The translations under genes and the position numbers were made by a program. A stretch of DNA of 63,287 bases, counting the filler, from Nemertoderma westbladi (Eukaryota > Animalia > Xenacoelomorpha), in the NCBI GenBank assembly GCA_032718475.1. It is 3 parts of 3 records of this genome, joined end to end, with 100 filler letters (N's around TTAATTAATTAA, not from the genome) between each part and the next. Parts side by side here need not be neighbours in the genome. Positions count along the whole stretch, not along the records: positions 29,032 to 51,524 come from JAUCBJ010005390.1; 2 more parts are not named here. One strand, given 5' to 3'. Below, piece by piece: positions 38,766-51,624 of this stretch. The number at the start of each line of letters is the position of its first letter. Within the stretch, counting starts at the first letter, position 1. The notes beneath the pieces are model-generated. The model was not told where the DNA came from, ran no database searches, and saw only the letters and a program-made list of their open reading frames with translations.

Positions 38766-39824
38766 GGTTCAACCCCCGGTGACGCGCTCTCATTTTTTCC
38801 ACTTTTGAACAAACCCATTATATTACACGTTTCAGCCTATGACATATGATTGATATGAACTTCAACTTAAGAACTTAAGAACTTAGGAACACAGTTTACA
38901 GTAAAAGTTTTCTTTCTTTGGTACTTATTTTTCAATTATCAATTTAACATAAATTCTATGGGCAGGCAGAAGCAGCACCCCAATTGGAAATTTGTTTATT
39001 GTAAATAGTAAAAACGAATTACCAACTACCGCAAATACTGCAGTAGTTAACATTGGTTGGCATACGTTGGCAGTAGCGGTAGAGGTAGCGGTAGTAAAAA
39101 GCGCGGAATTTGCGGTAGCGGTAGCGGGAGTGCCGTACGATCCCTGCCGTATATATCCCTTACAATACGACTACCGTACGGCGTACATAGCCGTTTGGGT
39201 GATATACCGTTTGGTTAATATCCTTATAAAGTGAATGGCGCATACTAAATCACCTTGGTGATATTGCGGAGTTTTTACAGAATTCGCCATTGTTGTAAAT
39301 TGTTTATCTAAATGATGCAATCCCAAAATGGAAAATGGAAATGCTAATTTCAAATATAAATTTGTTCAATTTTTGCGTAGAATAAAATTAACCCAATCAT
39401 TCCACTTAATTTAGTGGATAAAGAAACCATAAAGAAACCAAAAACTCAACATGCCACGACTGCTCGCCTGCGGCTGCAATTTAAGCCCCTCTGCATAAGA
39501 GCAAATTGACCCATGTATCAATAATACTTTTGAAAAAATGTTTTATGTAATATAGCATTGGTGAATTACAAATTAGGTTGTTAGCTGTTGATTTTTATAT
39601 TGATTTGTCAGTTAGTCACAAACCAATGTCTGAATATCAGTAATGACTTAGCGAGCATGATGAACGCATGACATGACAAGTAAGTATATCATATATTTAT
39701 TACATTATAACATGTGGTGTTAAGACATTCAAGAACCATGACTGCCTCGTATTAACTCTCACTACTTAGATAGTGCAAAGCTGGTTAGTACCTGTCCCAA
39801 AGGGGGAAACTGTCGAAGTTAAGG

Positions 39825-39990
39825 TATACGGACATTTCGTCCTGGAACTTTTCATCCCAGACTTTTCGCTCCGGACTATTCGTTCCAGACTTTTCGCTTT
39901 GGACTTTTCATTCTGGACTTTTCACCCCAGACTTTTCGCACCGGCCTTTTCCTCCCAGACTTTTCGTCCTGGACTTTTCGTACCAGACTG
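39825..39990. repeat. 15-16-bp degenerate tandem (GACTTTTCGTCCT-like), probably a MITE subterminal array
   Basis: About 10 copies of (G/A)GACTTTTC. Confidence 0.6.
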
Positions 39991-40919
39991 TAATGGATTT
40001 CTCGTGCCTCTTGGCACGATAAGCTCCTAAAAAGGCTTTGAATATCTAAAAGTTCCAAGGGGTGCTATCTTTTCCCTTATTGTTTTGTTTCCCGGCTTTC
40101 ATTAAATATTTCCCACAAGAACACAGTCCTTCAATGACTAGTTATTTACGGACATCCACAACCCTTCAAAGATAGTGCAAAAAACACAGTGATTTATGTT
40201 CTTCCCAAGATGTATTGTTCCAATCTGGCATATAAAAATAGTGTACTGTAACGCCATAGAAAAACCTCTGGGATGAGGAAAAAGAGAAACCGGATGAAGG
40301 GTGCTTTGGGTCCGGTAGGATCCAAAGTATAGCCTCAAAATAATCAAATATTCCAAAATACAGAAAAATACAGTATTTTTAGTCGTTTCATTATGCTAAA
40401 AATACTCTGAAATACACAATCAAGTTATAGAAAAAGCCACAGGTTATGGAAAACGTCAAAGTTATGGAAAAAAGTCTTAAACGTCATAATAAACTTGGTG
40501 CAGATTCACGCTATTGGAACTTGGTGATAGTGCAGAACACCAGGTTACCGTCTGAGTCCAAACAGGGGTGGGACCGATTGGACGCAAATGGTTAGCTGTT
40601 ACTTTGCCCTCAAAACTATACCATCGATGCTGGCGAGCCTGGGATGAACTGAATAGCCAGTGGACAGAGTGCACAAGCACTACCGTAACTGACAGAGTCA
40701 AAGCCTCTAGGGACACTGCTACTTTGCCCCCAAAACTAAATTGTCGGTCCTGAGACGAACTAAGTAGCCAGTGGACTAGTTAGCCAGAGATCTCAGTCCT
40801 CGGTGGTAACGTCTTACCTTCCCAGCAACCACGAACCCGCTAATGCCAGCCTGGGAAGAAAGAAGTCCAATATCTTGGAGCAGAGCCTAGTTTAGCTGCA
40901 GAGGCGGCCAACTATGAAG

Positions 40920-42010
40920 ATTCTTGATGAAATTATTGCAGCAATCAGTTCAGTATACGATGGTTCGACAACATTTGTGTCTACTGTTGATGGTGACACA
41001 GAACCATTTGAAGTGTTATGGGGCGTCCTCCAGGGAGACACACTTGCACCATTCTTGTTCATAATTGTGGTTGACTATGTTCTACGCATGTCCTTAGATC
41101 ATCATGATGATGATGGGGTGATGATAACTCCACCTACTGGCTCCAGAAGTCGAGGAAATCCTGCCAAGTACCTAACTGATCTAGACTTTGCTGATGACTT
41201 AGGAGTACTCTCAGAATCAATAGAGGGAGCCCAACGGCTCCTCAGCTCATTAGAACATGCTGCTTCTAGTGTTGGTCTTTTTATTAACTCCAGAAAGACC
41301 AAAATTTTGACAGTTAACTTTGAAAGTTCTAAGCAAGTCTCTGATCGGATGAGCATAAGCTCAAAGGATGGTATGCTTGAGCATGTGGACGACTTCTGTT
41401 ACCTGGGATCATGGATCCAGAAGTCAGGTGAGGACCTTCGAATACGTAAGGGAAAGGCATGAGCAGCCTTGAATAGGCTTTCCAGGATTTGGAAGTCACC
41501 GAGAATTAATCAGAAACTTAAGGTCCGATTATTTAGAGCAGCAGTAGTTCCAGTACTCCTCTATGGGAGTCCATGCTGGGCTCTAACTGCTGAGGACACC
41601 AAATCTCTGGATGGCACATTCACAAGAATGCTACGCCGGGTTCATTGTGTCAAGTACAATGCACACATCTCCAACCAGACACTATTTAACATTGGAGGTG
41701 TCTCATTGGTTCCCCCAAGCTTGACACTAGAACAAAATCGCCTCCGCTTTGCAGGACATTGCTTTCGCCGTGTGGACCAGCCAGTACATAATCTTGTACT
41801 TTGGCAGCCTCATTGAGTAAATAAGCATGGTGGACAGCCCATGACTTTCTTGAGACGCATCTTAAAGGACACTGGCCTTGAAGATGCGGATGATCTAGCA
41901 AATGTCATGGGTCAGATGTGGCGGCGCAATTTTGTCGACAAGCCGGCACAGCATTCTTAAAAATGCAGCTGCAATGCAGCATGCCGATACTAGTAGTAGT
42001 AGTAGTAGTA
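40920..42010 (+). mobile_element. 5'-truncated RTE-clade LINE with ~108-bp flanking direct repeats
   Basis: GVLQGDTLAPFLF, LDFADDL, FCYLGS, VLLYG and RLRFAGH motifs; (TAG)n tail; premature stops. Direct repeat 40811-40919 = 42011-42118. Confidence 0.92.
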
Positions 42011-44726
42011 GTCTTACCTTCCCAGCAACCACGAACCCGCTAAGCCAGCCTGGGAAGAAAGAAGTCCAATACCTTGGAGCAGAGCCTAGTTTAGCTGCAG
42101 AGGCGGCCAACTATGAAGGCTGGTTTTTGGGACTCACTTTTCCATCCGAATATGGCCCCTTTTAAACCCGGTGTGGGGTCAATAAGAAGTTGACCCCTAA
42201 TTATCACTTAAACACAGTTTGTCTTTCTTGTGCAGTGATTTTACGTTCAACCCATGTAAAATATAATTAATACGTGGTTGTTAGACTGACCAATAACCGA
42301 TTACTGATGAATGGCAATAGAGTTTGCTGGTTGTCAATTATTCCTTTGTTAATAACTGGGTGAGATTAATTGGTAGGTGAAGGTTGGTGTGTGTACTAAG
42401 GGGCCAATGTGAGAAAGGAGGGAGGTTGTGTAATGACCTCCTTCATTGGATAGCAATAATTTGTAAGGGAGTAGCTGGCAATATTGGTTGGAAAGGAGGG
42501 TGATTGCGGTTAAGGATATCTGGGATGGAAATTATGTTGTAATATTGGATGTTAAAGGAATGAAATATTACGGTGGGAAAGGGGGAAAAAGGGAATAATT
42601 GTCTAGCGATTATTATGGCATTGTGTAGTTTTAGTGTATTTTTGTATGTTTGCCTACGGAGGCGCGAAAATCGATTACACTCCCCCCATGGCAAATTTGG
42701 AAAAAAAATTGGTCATAAAAAAAAGATTTTGAGCCAAGATTTTGAAAATATATTTTTTGTCCTAAAAAAATAACTGCACCGCGTGAGCTTCTGGTGTCAT
42801 CAAAAATGTTGACCAAAATATATACGCGGTTTCTGTTTGAAGTTATTTAAAATACACCGCACAATAATTAATCTCTTTCCCAGAGGTAATTCATAAATCC
42901 AATCATAAAAATTAACTTTATTTACACAAACGAGACTAATCTTGTTATTGCCTTGTTCCACGTAGGGAACTAGATAGAAGCATATGATTTTATATATATA
43001 TATATATATGCATTGGCCGATAAGGGCCAGTGCGAATATATAACTTTTGAGCATACCCAACAAACTTGCTTAGATGTAAATGAAATACTAATATGATCCA
43101 CTAGGGGGCTCTAATTAACAAGTAATGAGGTATGGCCCTTCCAGAACTTTTTTCCTTCTAAAATATATTTTGAAATAGCAATAAATACCACGATGTTCCA
43201 CGCAGTGGTGGAAGAAAATAATTGACACAATGGCTCTAATTATAGAGTTTTCTTTAAAAAAAAATAATATAGGTAGAATATAGACGCCGAAACAAGGAAA
43301 AGTAGCGAGAAACAGAAGTGCAAAAATGCAGAATCTGATAATTACATATGTTTCTACTCAACGAATTTCCCTGAAATAAATTGAACAGCAATAATTATTG
43401 ATTCATGAATAATTATTATAACTTTTGTTGGGCACAGCTTAGCAAAGTCGAGAATGACGTCCAGATGGTGACCGCCATTTTGGCGCTCTTACCATTCCGC
43501 TAGCGGCTCAGACAAAAAAAAAGGTAGACCTTGAAATACTACCTAATATACCTAGCTCCCCCCATCTGTCAAACCATATCTGCAGCCACTATATTCGATT
43601 CATTGTTATTATGTGCTTCGCCGTCTCTTGTACTTCACTAAGCTGTGCCAAACGGAAGGTTTGATAATTTGCACAAATACAACATGAATACACATGAATA
43701 ATTATGGAAACTTGATTCATTTAGCGGCCACTACAGTTTAACAAAACATAGTTTGAAACCTAAAAAAACAAGGAAATATACTTTAGGATTACAATGTTGC
43801 ATGCTATTTAAGGTATGTATGGTATGGTATATAACTATGCTTGGCATGGTATCGTCCCACCCTTAGTCTTAGGGCATGCTACAGTTTATGTTTGGTTTGC
43901 TGATATAAGATGTATGCTATGCATGCTATGATAACTAACTGTAGATGTTATGTTAGGTATGTATCCTAACATTTCACGACTACTAGAAACGATATTCTAG
44001 CGACAGGAATATAATCCATTAGCAGTTAGTATTGAAAACACTTCAGCCTTACAAATTCAGTATGTGCTACATTATTATAGCCATTATTTATGTGCCTCTA
44101 CAAATTTCATTATTATTCTATATCTATAATATTGTTATAGGGCCTATTCTATATTTGTCATTGTCTCGACCAGCTGAATTATTATATAGTTATGCATTAT
44201 GTTATGTTATGTTATGTATGTATGCTATGGTATTATACTATGCTATGCTATGCTATGCTATGATATGACATTTCCTTCATTGCGTGTATCCAATGGGAGA
44301 TTTGTCTTGAAGGACCCAGACCAATTTAAATGGCCCTTAGGAACAGTGTCTACTGAGGGCCATTTAAGTGGCTCCAATGAGACTTTGTCTTGAATGGGCC
44401 ACTTTAACTTTTTACCCTTTTTACACCTTTAACCCTATTCATACCGGAAATAATAATAAAAAATTTACTCTTATTAGCCTGCTTAAAATCAAATTTTTAG
44501 GTTTTCTGGGGCGCTGATTATAAATATTCCAATTTCTTGGGAAGTTTTTTTTATTAAAATTTTGTTATTAGTTTTGTTTATTATTAATTTGGCACACACC
44601 TCCGAAAAATACAATTTGAAATGTCTAAAGCCGTTTTTATTTATTCCAATGAATTCAGAACCATCGTAAAACACATGTAATGCGGGAAACAAGATGTAGA
44701 AATCAATTCGTATCTATTGCCATCTA

Positions 44727-45105
44727 GGGCCATTTTACATTTAAGTGGCTCAAATGAGACATTGTCTTAAATGGGCCACTTCCTTTTAAATGGCCCTTAC
44801 AAACATTGTTTACTGAGGGCCATTTTACATTTAAGTGGCTCAAATGAGACATTGTCTTGAATGGGCCACTTCCTTTTAAATGGCCCTTACAAACACTGTT
44901 TACTGAGGGCCATTTTACATTTAAGTGGCTCAAATGAGACATTGTCTTAAATGGGCCACTTCCTTTTAAATGGCCCTTACGAACATTGTCTACTCACTAC
45001 TGATGGCTATTTTATATTTACTGTAAGTGGCTCAAATTGGACATTGTCATGAATGGGCCACTTCCTTTTAAATGGCCCTTAGGAACATTGTCTAATGAGG
45101 GCCAC
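44727..45105. repeat. 90-bp tandem repeat (~4 copies; related copy ~44300-44405)
   Basis: GGGCCATTTTACATTTAAGTGGCTCAAATGAGAC at 44727, 44817 and 44907. Confidence 0.85.
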
Positions 45106-45289
45106 AATCATTAATATAGGAATTGAATTGCCGTAATACAATAGGTTACTTTAGGTAGTAACAACACAACCCCCCCCCCCCCCCCCCCCCCCCCCTCATA
45201 AGCGTGAGCGCAACCAACTGACAAAGACAAAATTTTCACCCCTTTGCGAATCCCCTAGTTTCTAATACAAAACATTCCTTGATTTTGAA

Positions 45290-48200
45290 GATACAGAGAT
45301 TTGAAAATATGAAATGGCCCTTAAACCTAAAACAAATATATTAAATGGCCTTCCAAGGAAAACACATCCGTGTTAGATTGTGTTCATATTGTACAGTTAA
45401 ATTACATTAAATTTATTAATAGTGGCCCTAACAAAATATAAAAATATAAAAAATGGCCCTAAATTTACAAAATTACATTCCTAAACTACAATCAGAGGTG
45501 TGACGCTGAATGTGGCTTCTACTAAAAGGCCCGTGCTCCACTGGTAACTCATAAGGTTAGCACGAACTTAGTTCCAATCGCACATTTTCAAAGGCGAACT
45601 TATGTAGTTCCAATTGAAACGCATTTAGTTCCAAAATAAATTTTACAAAGCGAACTTAGTTCCAATCGAGGCGAACTTAGTTCCAATCCCAGAATATCAA
45701 AACGAACTTAGTTCCAATGGAAGCGAATTTAGTTCCAATGGATGTGAATTTAGTTCCAATGCATGCGAATTTAGTTCCAATGGAAGCGAATTTAGTTCCA
45801 ATGCATGCGAATTTAGTTCCAATGGGTACGAACTTAGTTCCAATGTTTCAATCGTGGGGATAGCTACGTGGGTAGCACGAACTTAGTTCCAATCGCACAT
45901 TTTCAAAGGCAAACTTAGTTCCAATTGAAACGAATTTAGTTCCAAAATAAATTTTACAAAGCGAACTTAGTTCAAATCGAGGCGAACTTAGTTCCAATCC
46001 CAGAATATCAAAACGAACTTAGTTCCAATGGATGCGAATTTAGTTCCAATGCATGCGAATTTAGTTCCAATGGATGCGAATTTAGTTCCAATGGAAGCGA
46101 ATTTAGTTCCAATGGGTACGAACTTTTTTCTCTAGTTATTGGAACTAAGTTCGCCTAAATTGGAAATAAATTCGCCAAAATTGGAACTAAATTCGTTTCC
46201 ATTGGAACTAAATTCTTTTCCATTGGAACTAAATTCGCATGAGGCTTAAATTGGAACTAAGTACGGGGAATCGTAATTGCCAATTGCCAAATTATATTTT
46301 CCAATTGGCTGCAATATATTTACTGTAAATCTAAAAGGTCATTTTATATATTTTGATAGGGCCACTGTTAATAAATTTAATGTAATTTAACTGTACAATA
46401 TGAACTCAATCTAACATGAGTGTATTTTCCTAGGAAGGCCATTTAATATGTTTGTTTTGGGTTTTAGGGCCATTTCATATCTCTGTATTTCTAATTCAGG
46501 GAATATTCTAAGGAAATCTTGATATCGCACTTCAATTGGGATTTTGGTGGATATTATTTATTATATAATACAATAACTGCTGTAAACAACGGTATGGGAG
46601 GTATGAGGGGAGGGGGTTAACTATAATATGCTGAGCCTGATATAATCTGAAATTTACAGGTACAGAGATTATAAATGCACGTTTTTGTATGGAAAATGTG
46701 CCTGAGCTAGTATTATGCACCTTAATTATTACTATAATGATTGCCAGGTATCACGTCAAAATGATTATAAAGTATGAAATATCGAAGGTTTTAAATTTTG
46801 TGAAATTTAAAACTGCATATAAAAAACTTAAAAATCTGCATATGGATCATTTTCTCCCCAATGATGCAGCGCAGGTTGTATTATAGTATTGATTTCCAAG
46901 TTTCAGCTTAACGTATCATAAATAACGGAACTGGAGGAGAATTTCTGGAGGATTCATATCTTTGTATTTCTAATTCAGGGCATATTCTAAGGAAATCTTG
47001 ATATCTCGCATTTCAATTGGGATTTGGGTGTAGACCTATATTTTTCATTATATGATACAATAACTGTTGTTAACAATGGTGGCAAGTATGGGGGGGGGGG
47101 ATTAACATCGTGCCCGTGTGTGTCTGAGTCTGTATTCACAGAAATACTCAATATTCAAACCCCTTAACTTTTCCTACAATTAACATAATACGTTTTTAAT
47201 GACTAAATCTGAAACATTTTGAAATCTCAAACTATATTTGAAAGTTATTTTTTGTGGTACTAAATATCGTCTGGTGTGTTTAAAAATGGCCAAACCAAAT
47301 AATTAAAAAAAACAGGCCACAAAATGGCACTCTGCTGTGGCCAAAGGGTGCCTTTTTTTTGCCGTGACAGTGGAACATATGGTGAATGGTGAATCCCTCC
47401 CACCCCCCCCACCCCCTTCTCCATAATTTTAGTCATTCAAAACGTATGATATGAATTTTAAGAAATGTTTCAGATTACTGTTTCCCAGCAAAGTTATTCG
47501 GCAGATCAGATCGGGATCGGGTCTGCTCATTAGATTATATTTGAACAATATCAGGGAGCTAATTATCGGTAATCAAAAACAAAAGCGACCATTGTGATTC
47601 TATAAAAATGTCCTGTATTATATCCTTGCAGTAATTGAGATCAACGTGATTTCATGAAAAGATCCAAACTGTGTTAGGTTACCATCCTTTGGAACTAGCG
47701 CGAATATCATTTTGATTTTTTGAGTGAGTTCTGCACGTGTATTTAGGTTGAATGAGTTCCAGACACTTGAGACCTCGCCGACCTGGGGGGGGGGGGGAGT
47801 CACCATCTGTTCCACTGTCATGGTTGGTATCAATGCTCTATGTAGGAATCATGACTCCAGCAAAGAGTATGTGATTATAGTGCGTATATCTGTGAATACA
47901 GACTCAGACACGCACGGGCACGTTGTACTGTTTCACGCACGGGCACGTTGTACTGTTTCACAGAGTTACCCCCTCCCCTCATATTTCCCACCATTGTTTA
48001 CAGCAGTTATTGTATTATATAATAACTAATATCCACCCAAATCCCAATTGAAATGCGAGATATCAAGATTTCCTTAGAATATGCCCTGATTTAGAAATAC
48101 AGAGATATGAAATGGCCCTAAAACCTAAAACAAATATATTAAATGGCCTTCCTAAGAAAATGCACCCATGTTAGATTGAGTTCATAATCTACAGTTAATT

Positions 48201-50975
48201 ACTTTAAATTTATTAACAGTGGCCCCTTTATAATATCAAAATATAAAATATGGCCCTAAATTTATAAATTAATTTTATTGATGTCTATTGGCAGAAATAG
48301 ATTTGCAGACAGACATGTGTCAAACGGAATAGACAGGGGGAAGGATAATTGGGATTACGATCAGAGATGTGAGGCAAAGGTGGCTTCTACTGCTTGCCTT
48401 GCCATTTGCCCATCGCCTTATAAGTTAATAATAAAAGTAAGTAATAATAGTAAAGTGAAATCCTCCTCCAGTTTCGTTATTTATGATACGTTTAAGCTGA
48501 AACTTGTGAAATCAATACTATAATACAACCTGCGCTGCATCATTGGGGAGAAACTGATCCATATGCAGTTCCCCAGTCCACTGCTAGAGGGCCAAATACT
48601 CAAAATTTTTACCTTCGATATTTCGTATTTTATAATCGTTTTGATGTGACACCTGGCAATCATTATATTAATAATTAAGGTGCATAATACTAGCTCAGGC
48701 ACATTTTCCATACAAAAACATGTAGTTTTAATCTCTGTTAAGAAATTTCAGATTATAACAGACTCAGCATATTATATGATGTTATCGACGCAGATTCCAT
48801 TTTTGCCAAATCTAAGGCTGCCTGACTGGATTGTGAGATGGTTAGAGGGGTCTGGATCAAGCCTTTGCACGCCGGATATAAATAATTATAGAACATAAGG
48901 GAACACATGAGAACACAGTTAGAACATAATTAGAATACACCCCGAACATAGGCTAACACATGCACGCATTGCACACATTAATGCACGCCTGTAATATTGT
49001 TCTTCCAATGTGACTAAACAATTGTAGGATTCCTTATACAAGCAGCTACCTCATTTTGATTGATCTAGGATAAGTGACTTCACCTCTTCCGTTGATGCAT
49101 CCATAGGTCTACGTTTCAATTGACGACAAAAACTATTAGAGTTATTCTTCAAGGATCTTATAATTCTTAATACATCTCCAGATACCTTTTTATCAATTAG
49201 AGACAATATTAGGGGTGAGTACAAAATAAAGAACCAAGGCCCAATTAAGTAACCTGCATAATCTTGTAAAATGTGTTAACTTTCGTTTATTGTTTTGGTT
49301 CCGCCAACACGCTTCTGTAACCTGCTCCTTTACTAACTTGCTCCTTTAAATGGCAATGGGACTTAAAGCGACTTTACCTCTTTGTTTTGTACACTCTAGG
49401 GTCTTTGGTCTTAACATTAAAACTATAATTATTGCTAGCCCTAAAATTAGTTAGAATTAAAACCCAATAGCGCTCAAGGTCTACATTTGTAGACCAAAAG
49501 TAGGTGTTATAATTATTTATGTTGTTATGTTGTTACTCGAATGGGTTTTTGAACAACACATTCGTAGCAAGAAATTGATGTATGCAAGCGCATACATCAC
49601 TGAAACTGATCATTACACATCATCATTAAATAAATTTCCGTATTAAGAAAAAGAAAATGTCTTATACGAAGTAGAATCGAAAAATCTAAAATTTGTCTCT
49701 CCGGAGAAGCGCCATGCCCCTCTTGAAGCACCCCGTAAAATGAACTCAATCTAACATTGGTGTATTTTCCTAGGAAGGCCATTTAATATATTTGTTTTAG
49801 GTTTTAGGGCCATATCTCCGTATTTCTAATTCAGGGAATATTCTAAGGAAATCTTGATATCACACTTCAATTGGGATTTTGGTGGATATTATTTATTATA
49901 TAATACAATAACTGCTGTAAACAACGGTATGGGAGGTATGAGGGGAGGGGGTTAACTATAATATGCTGAGCCTGATATAATCTGAAATTTACAGGTACAG
50001 AGATTATAAATGCACGTTTTTGAATGGAAAATGTGCCTGTGCTAGTATTATGCACCTTAATTATTACTATAATGATTGCCAGGTGTCACGTCAAAATGAT
50101 TATAAAATATGAAATATCGAAGGTTTTAAATTTTATGAAATTTAAAACTGCATATAAAAAACTTAAAAATCTGCATAGGCCCTATGGATCAGTTTCTCCC
50201 CAATGATGCAGCGCAGGTTGTATTATAGTATTGATTTCACAAGTTTCAGCTTAACGTATCATAAATAACGAAACTGGAGGAGGATTTCACTTTACTATTA
50301 TTACTTACTTTTATTATTAACTTATAAGGCAATGGGCAAATGGCAAGGCAAGCAGTAGAAGCCACCTTTGCCTCACATCTCTGATTGTAATCCCAATTAT
50401 CCTTCCCCCTGCCTTTTCCGTTTGACACATGTCTGTCTGCCAGTCTATTTCTGCCAATAGACATCAATAAAATTAATTTATGAATTTAGGGCCATATTTT
50501 ATATTTTGATATTATAAAGGGGCCACTGTTAATAAATTTAATATAATTAACTGTAGATTATGAACTCAATCTAACATGGGTGTATTTTCCTAGGAAGGCC
50601 ATTTAATATATTTGTTTTAGGTTTTAGGGCCATTTCATATCTCTGTATTTCTAATTCAGGGAATATTCTAAGGAAATCTTGATATCGAACTTCAATTGGG
50701 ATTTTGGTGGATATTATTATTATATAATACAATAACTGCTGTAAACAACGGTGGGAGGTATGAGGGGAGTGGGGTAACTATAATATGCTGAGCCTGATAT
50801 AATTTGAAATTTACAAGTACTATAGTACTGATTTCACAAGTTTCAGCTTACATTCATAAATAACGAAACTGGAAAAGGATTTCACTTTACGACCATAATA
50901 ATATAATGCCTTTTGTAAGCGGCTTACAAGCCACTTACGAAACCGATTATTACTTACTTTAATTATTAACTTATA
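45290..50975. repeat. Complex of direct and inverted copies of a ~0.6-0.9-kb AT-rich module
   Basis: Near-identical spurious ORFs recur on both strands (MENVP at 46689+, 48711-, 50024+; MMSIGR at 48278+, 50467-). Confidence 0.8.
45558..46265. mobile_element. MITE-like element of 21-bp GCGAA(C/T)TTAGTTCCAAT repeats, direct on the left and inverted on the right
   Basis: TTAGTTCCAA repeats at 45560-46120 (left block duplicated) and TTGGAACTAA repeats at 46140-46262. Confidence 0.65.
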
Positions 50976-51524
50976 CTACTACTACTACTCGGATCGGCAT
51001 GCTGCATTGCAGCTGCATTTTTAAGAATGCTGTGCCGGCTTGTCAACAAAATTGCACCGCCACAACTCCCTATCACCCATGACATTTGCTAGATCATCCG
51101 CATCTTTAAGGCCAGTGTCCTTTAAGATGCGTCTCAAGAAAGTCATGGGCTGTCCACCATGCTTATTCACTCCATGAGGCTGCCAAAGTACAAGATTATG
51201 CACTGGCTGGTCCTCACGGCGAATGCAATGTCCTGCAAAGCGGAGGCGATTTTGTTCTAGTGTCAAGCTTGGGGGAACCAATGAGACACCTCCAATGTTA
51301 TATAGTGTCTGGTTGGAGATGTGTGCATTGTACTTGACACAATGAACCCGGCGTAGCATTCTTGTGAATGTGCCATCCAGAGATTTGGTGTCCTCAGCAG
51401 TTACAGCCCAGCATGGACTCCCGTAGAGGAGTACTGGAACTACTGCTGCTCTAAATAATCGGACCTTAAGTTTCCGATTAATTCTCGGTGACTTCCAAAT
51501 CCTGGAAAACCTATTCAAGGCTGC
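50974..51524 (-). mobile_element. Second copy of the RTE LINE 3' end (cut by the gap)
   Basis: Near-identical to 41465-42010; (TAG)n tail; ORF 51021-51518 is open. Confidence 0.92.
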
Positions 51525-51624
51525 NNNNNNNNNNNNNNNNNNNNNNNNNNNNNNNNNNNNNNNNNNNNTTAATTAATTAANNNNNNNNNNNNNNNNNNNN
51601 NNNNNNNNNNNNNNNNNNNNNNNN
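51525..51624. other. Assembly gap with six-frame stop linker
   Basis: N44-TTAATTAATTAA-N44. Confidence 0.97.

Larger units (their letters stand above)
38123..38828 (+). mobile_element. Retrozyme-like 341-bp tandem dimer
   Basis: TGAACAAACCCATTATATTACAC at 38124, 38465 and 38806 (period 341). Units are near-identical and each has a hammerhead. Confidence 0.85.
37651..39146. mobile_element. hAT-like non-autonomous element containing the ribozyme dimer
   Basis: Perfect 14-bp TIR CAGGGATCGTACGG / CCGTACGATCCCTG and subterminal GCGGTAGCGG repeats. No clean 8-bp TSD. Confidence 0.75.

Noticed and set aside
46532-50467. Repeated 60-80-aa ORFs as a small gene family
   Set aside because: They are by-products of the repeated AT-rich module and have inconsistent frames and ends between copies.
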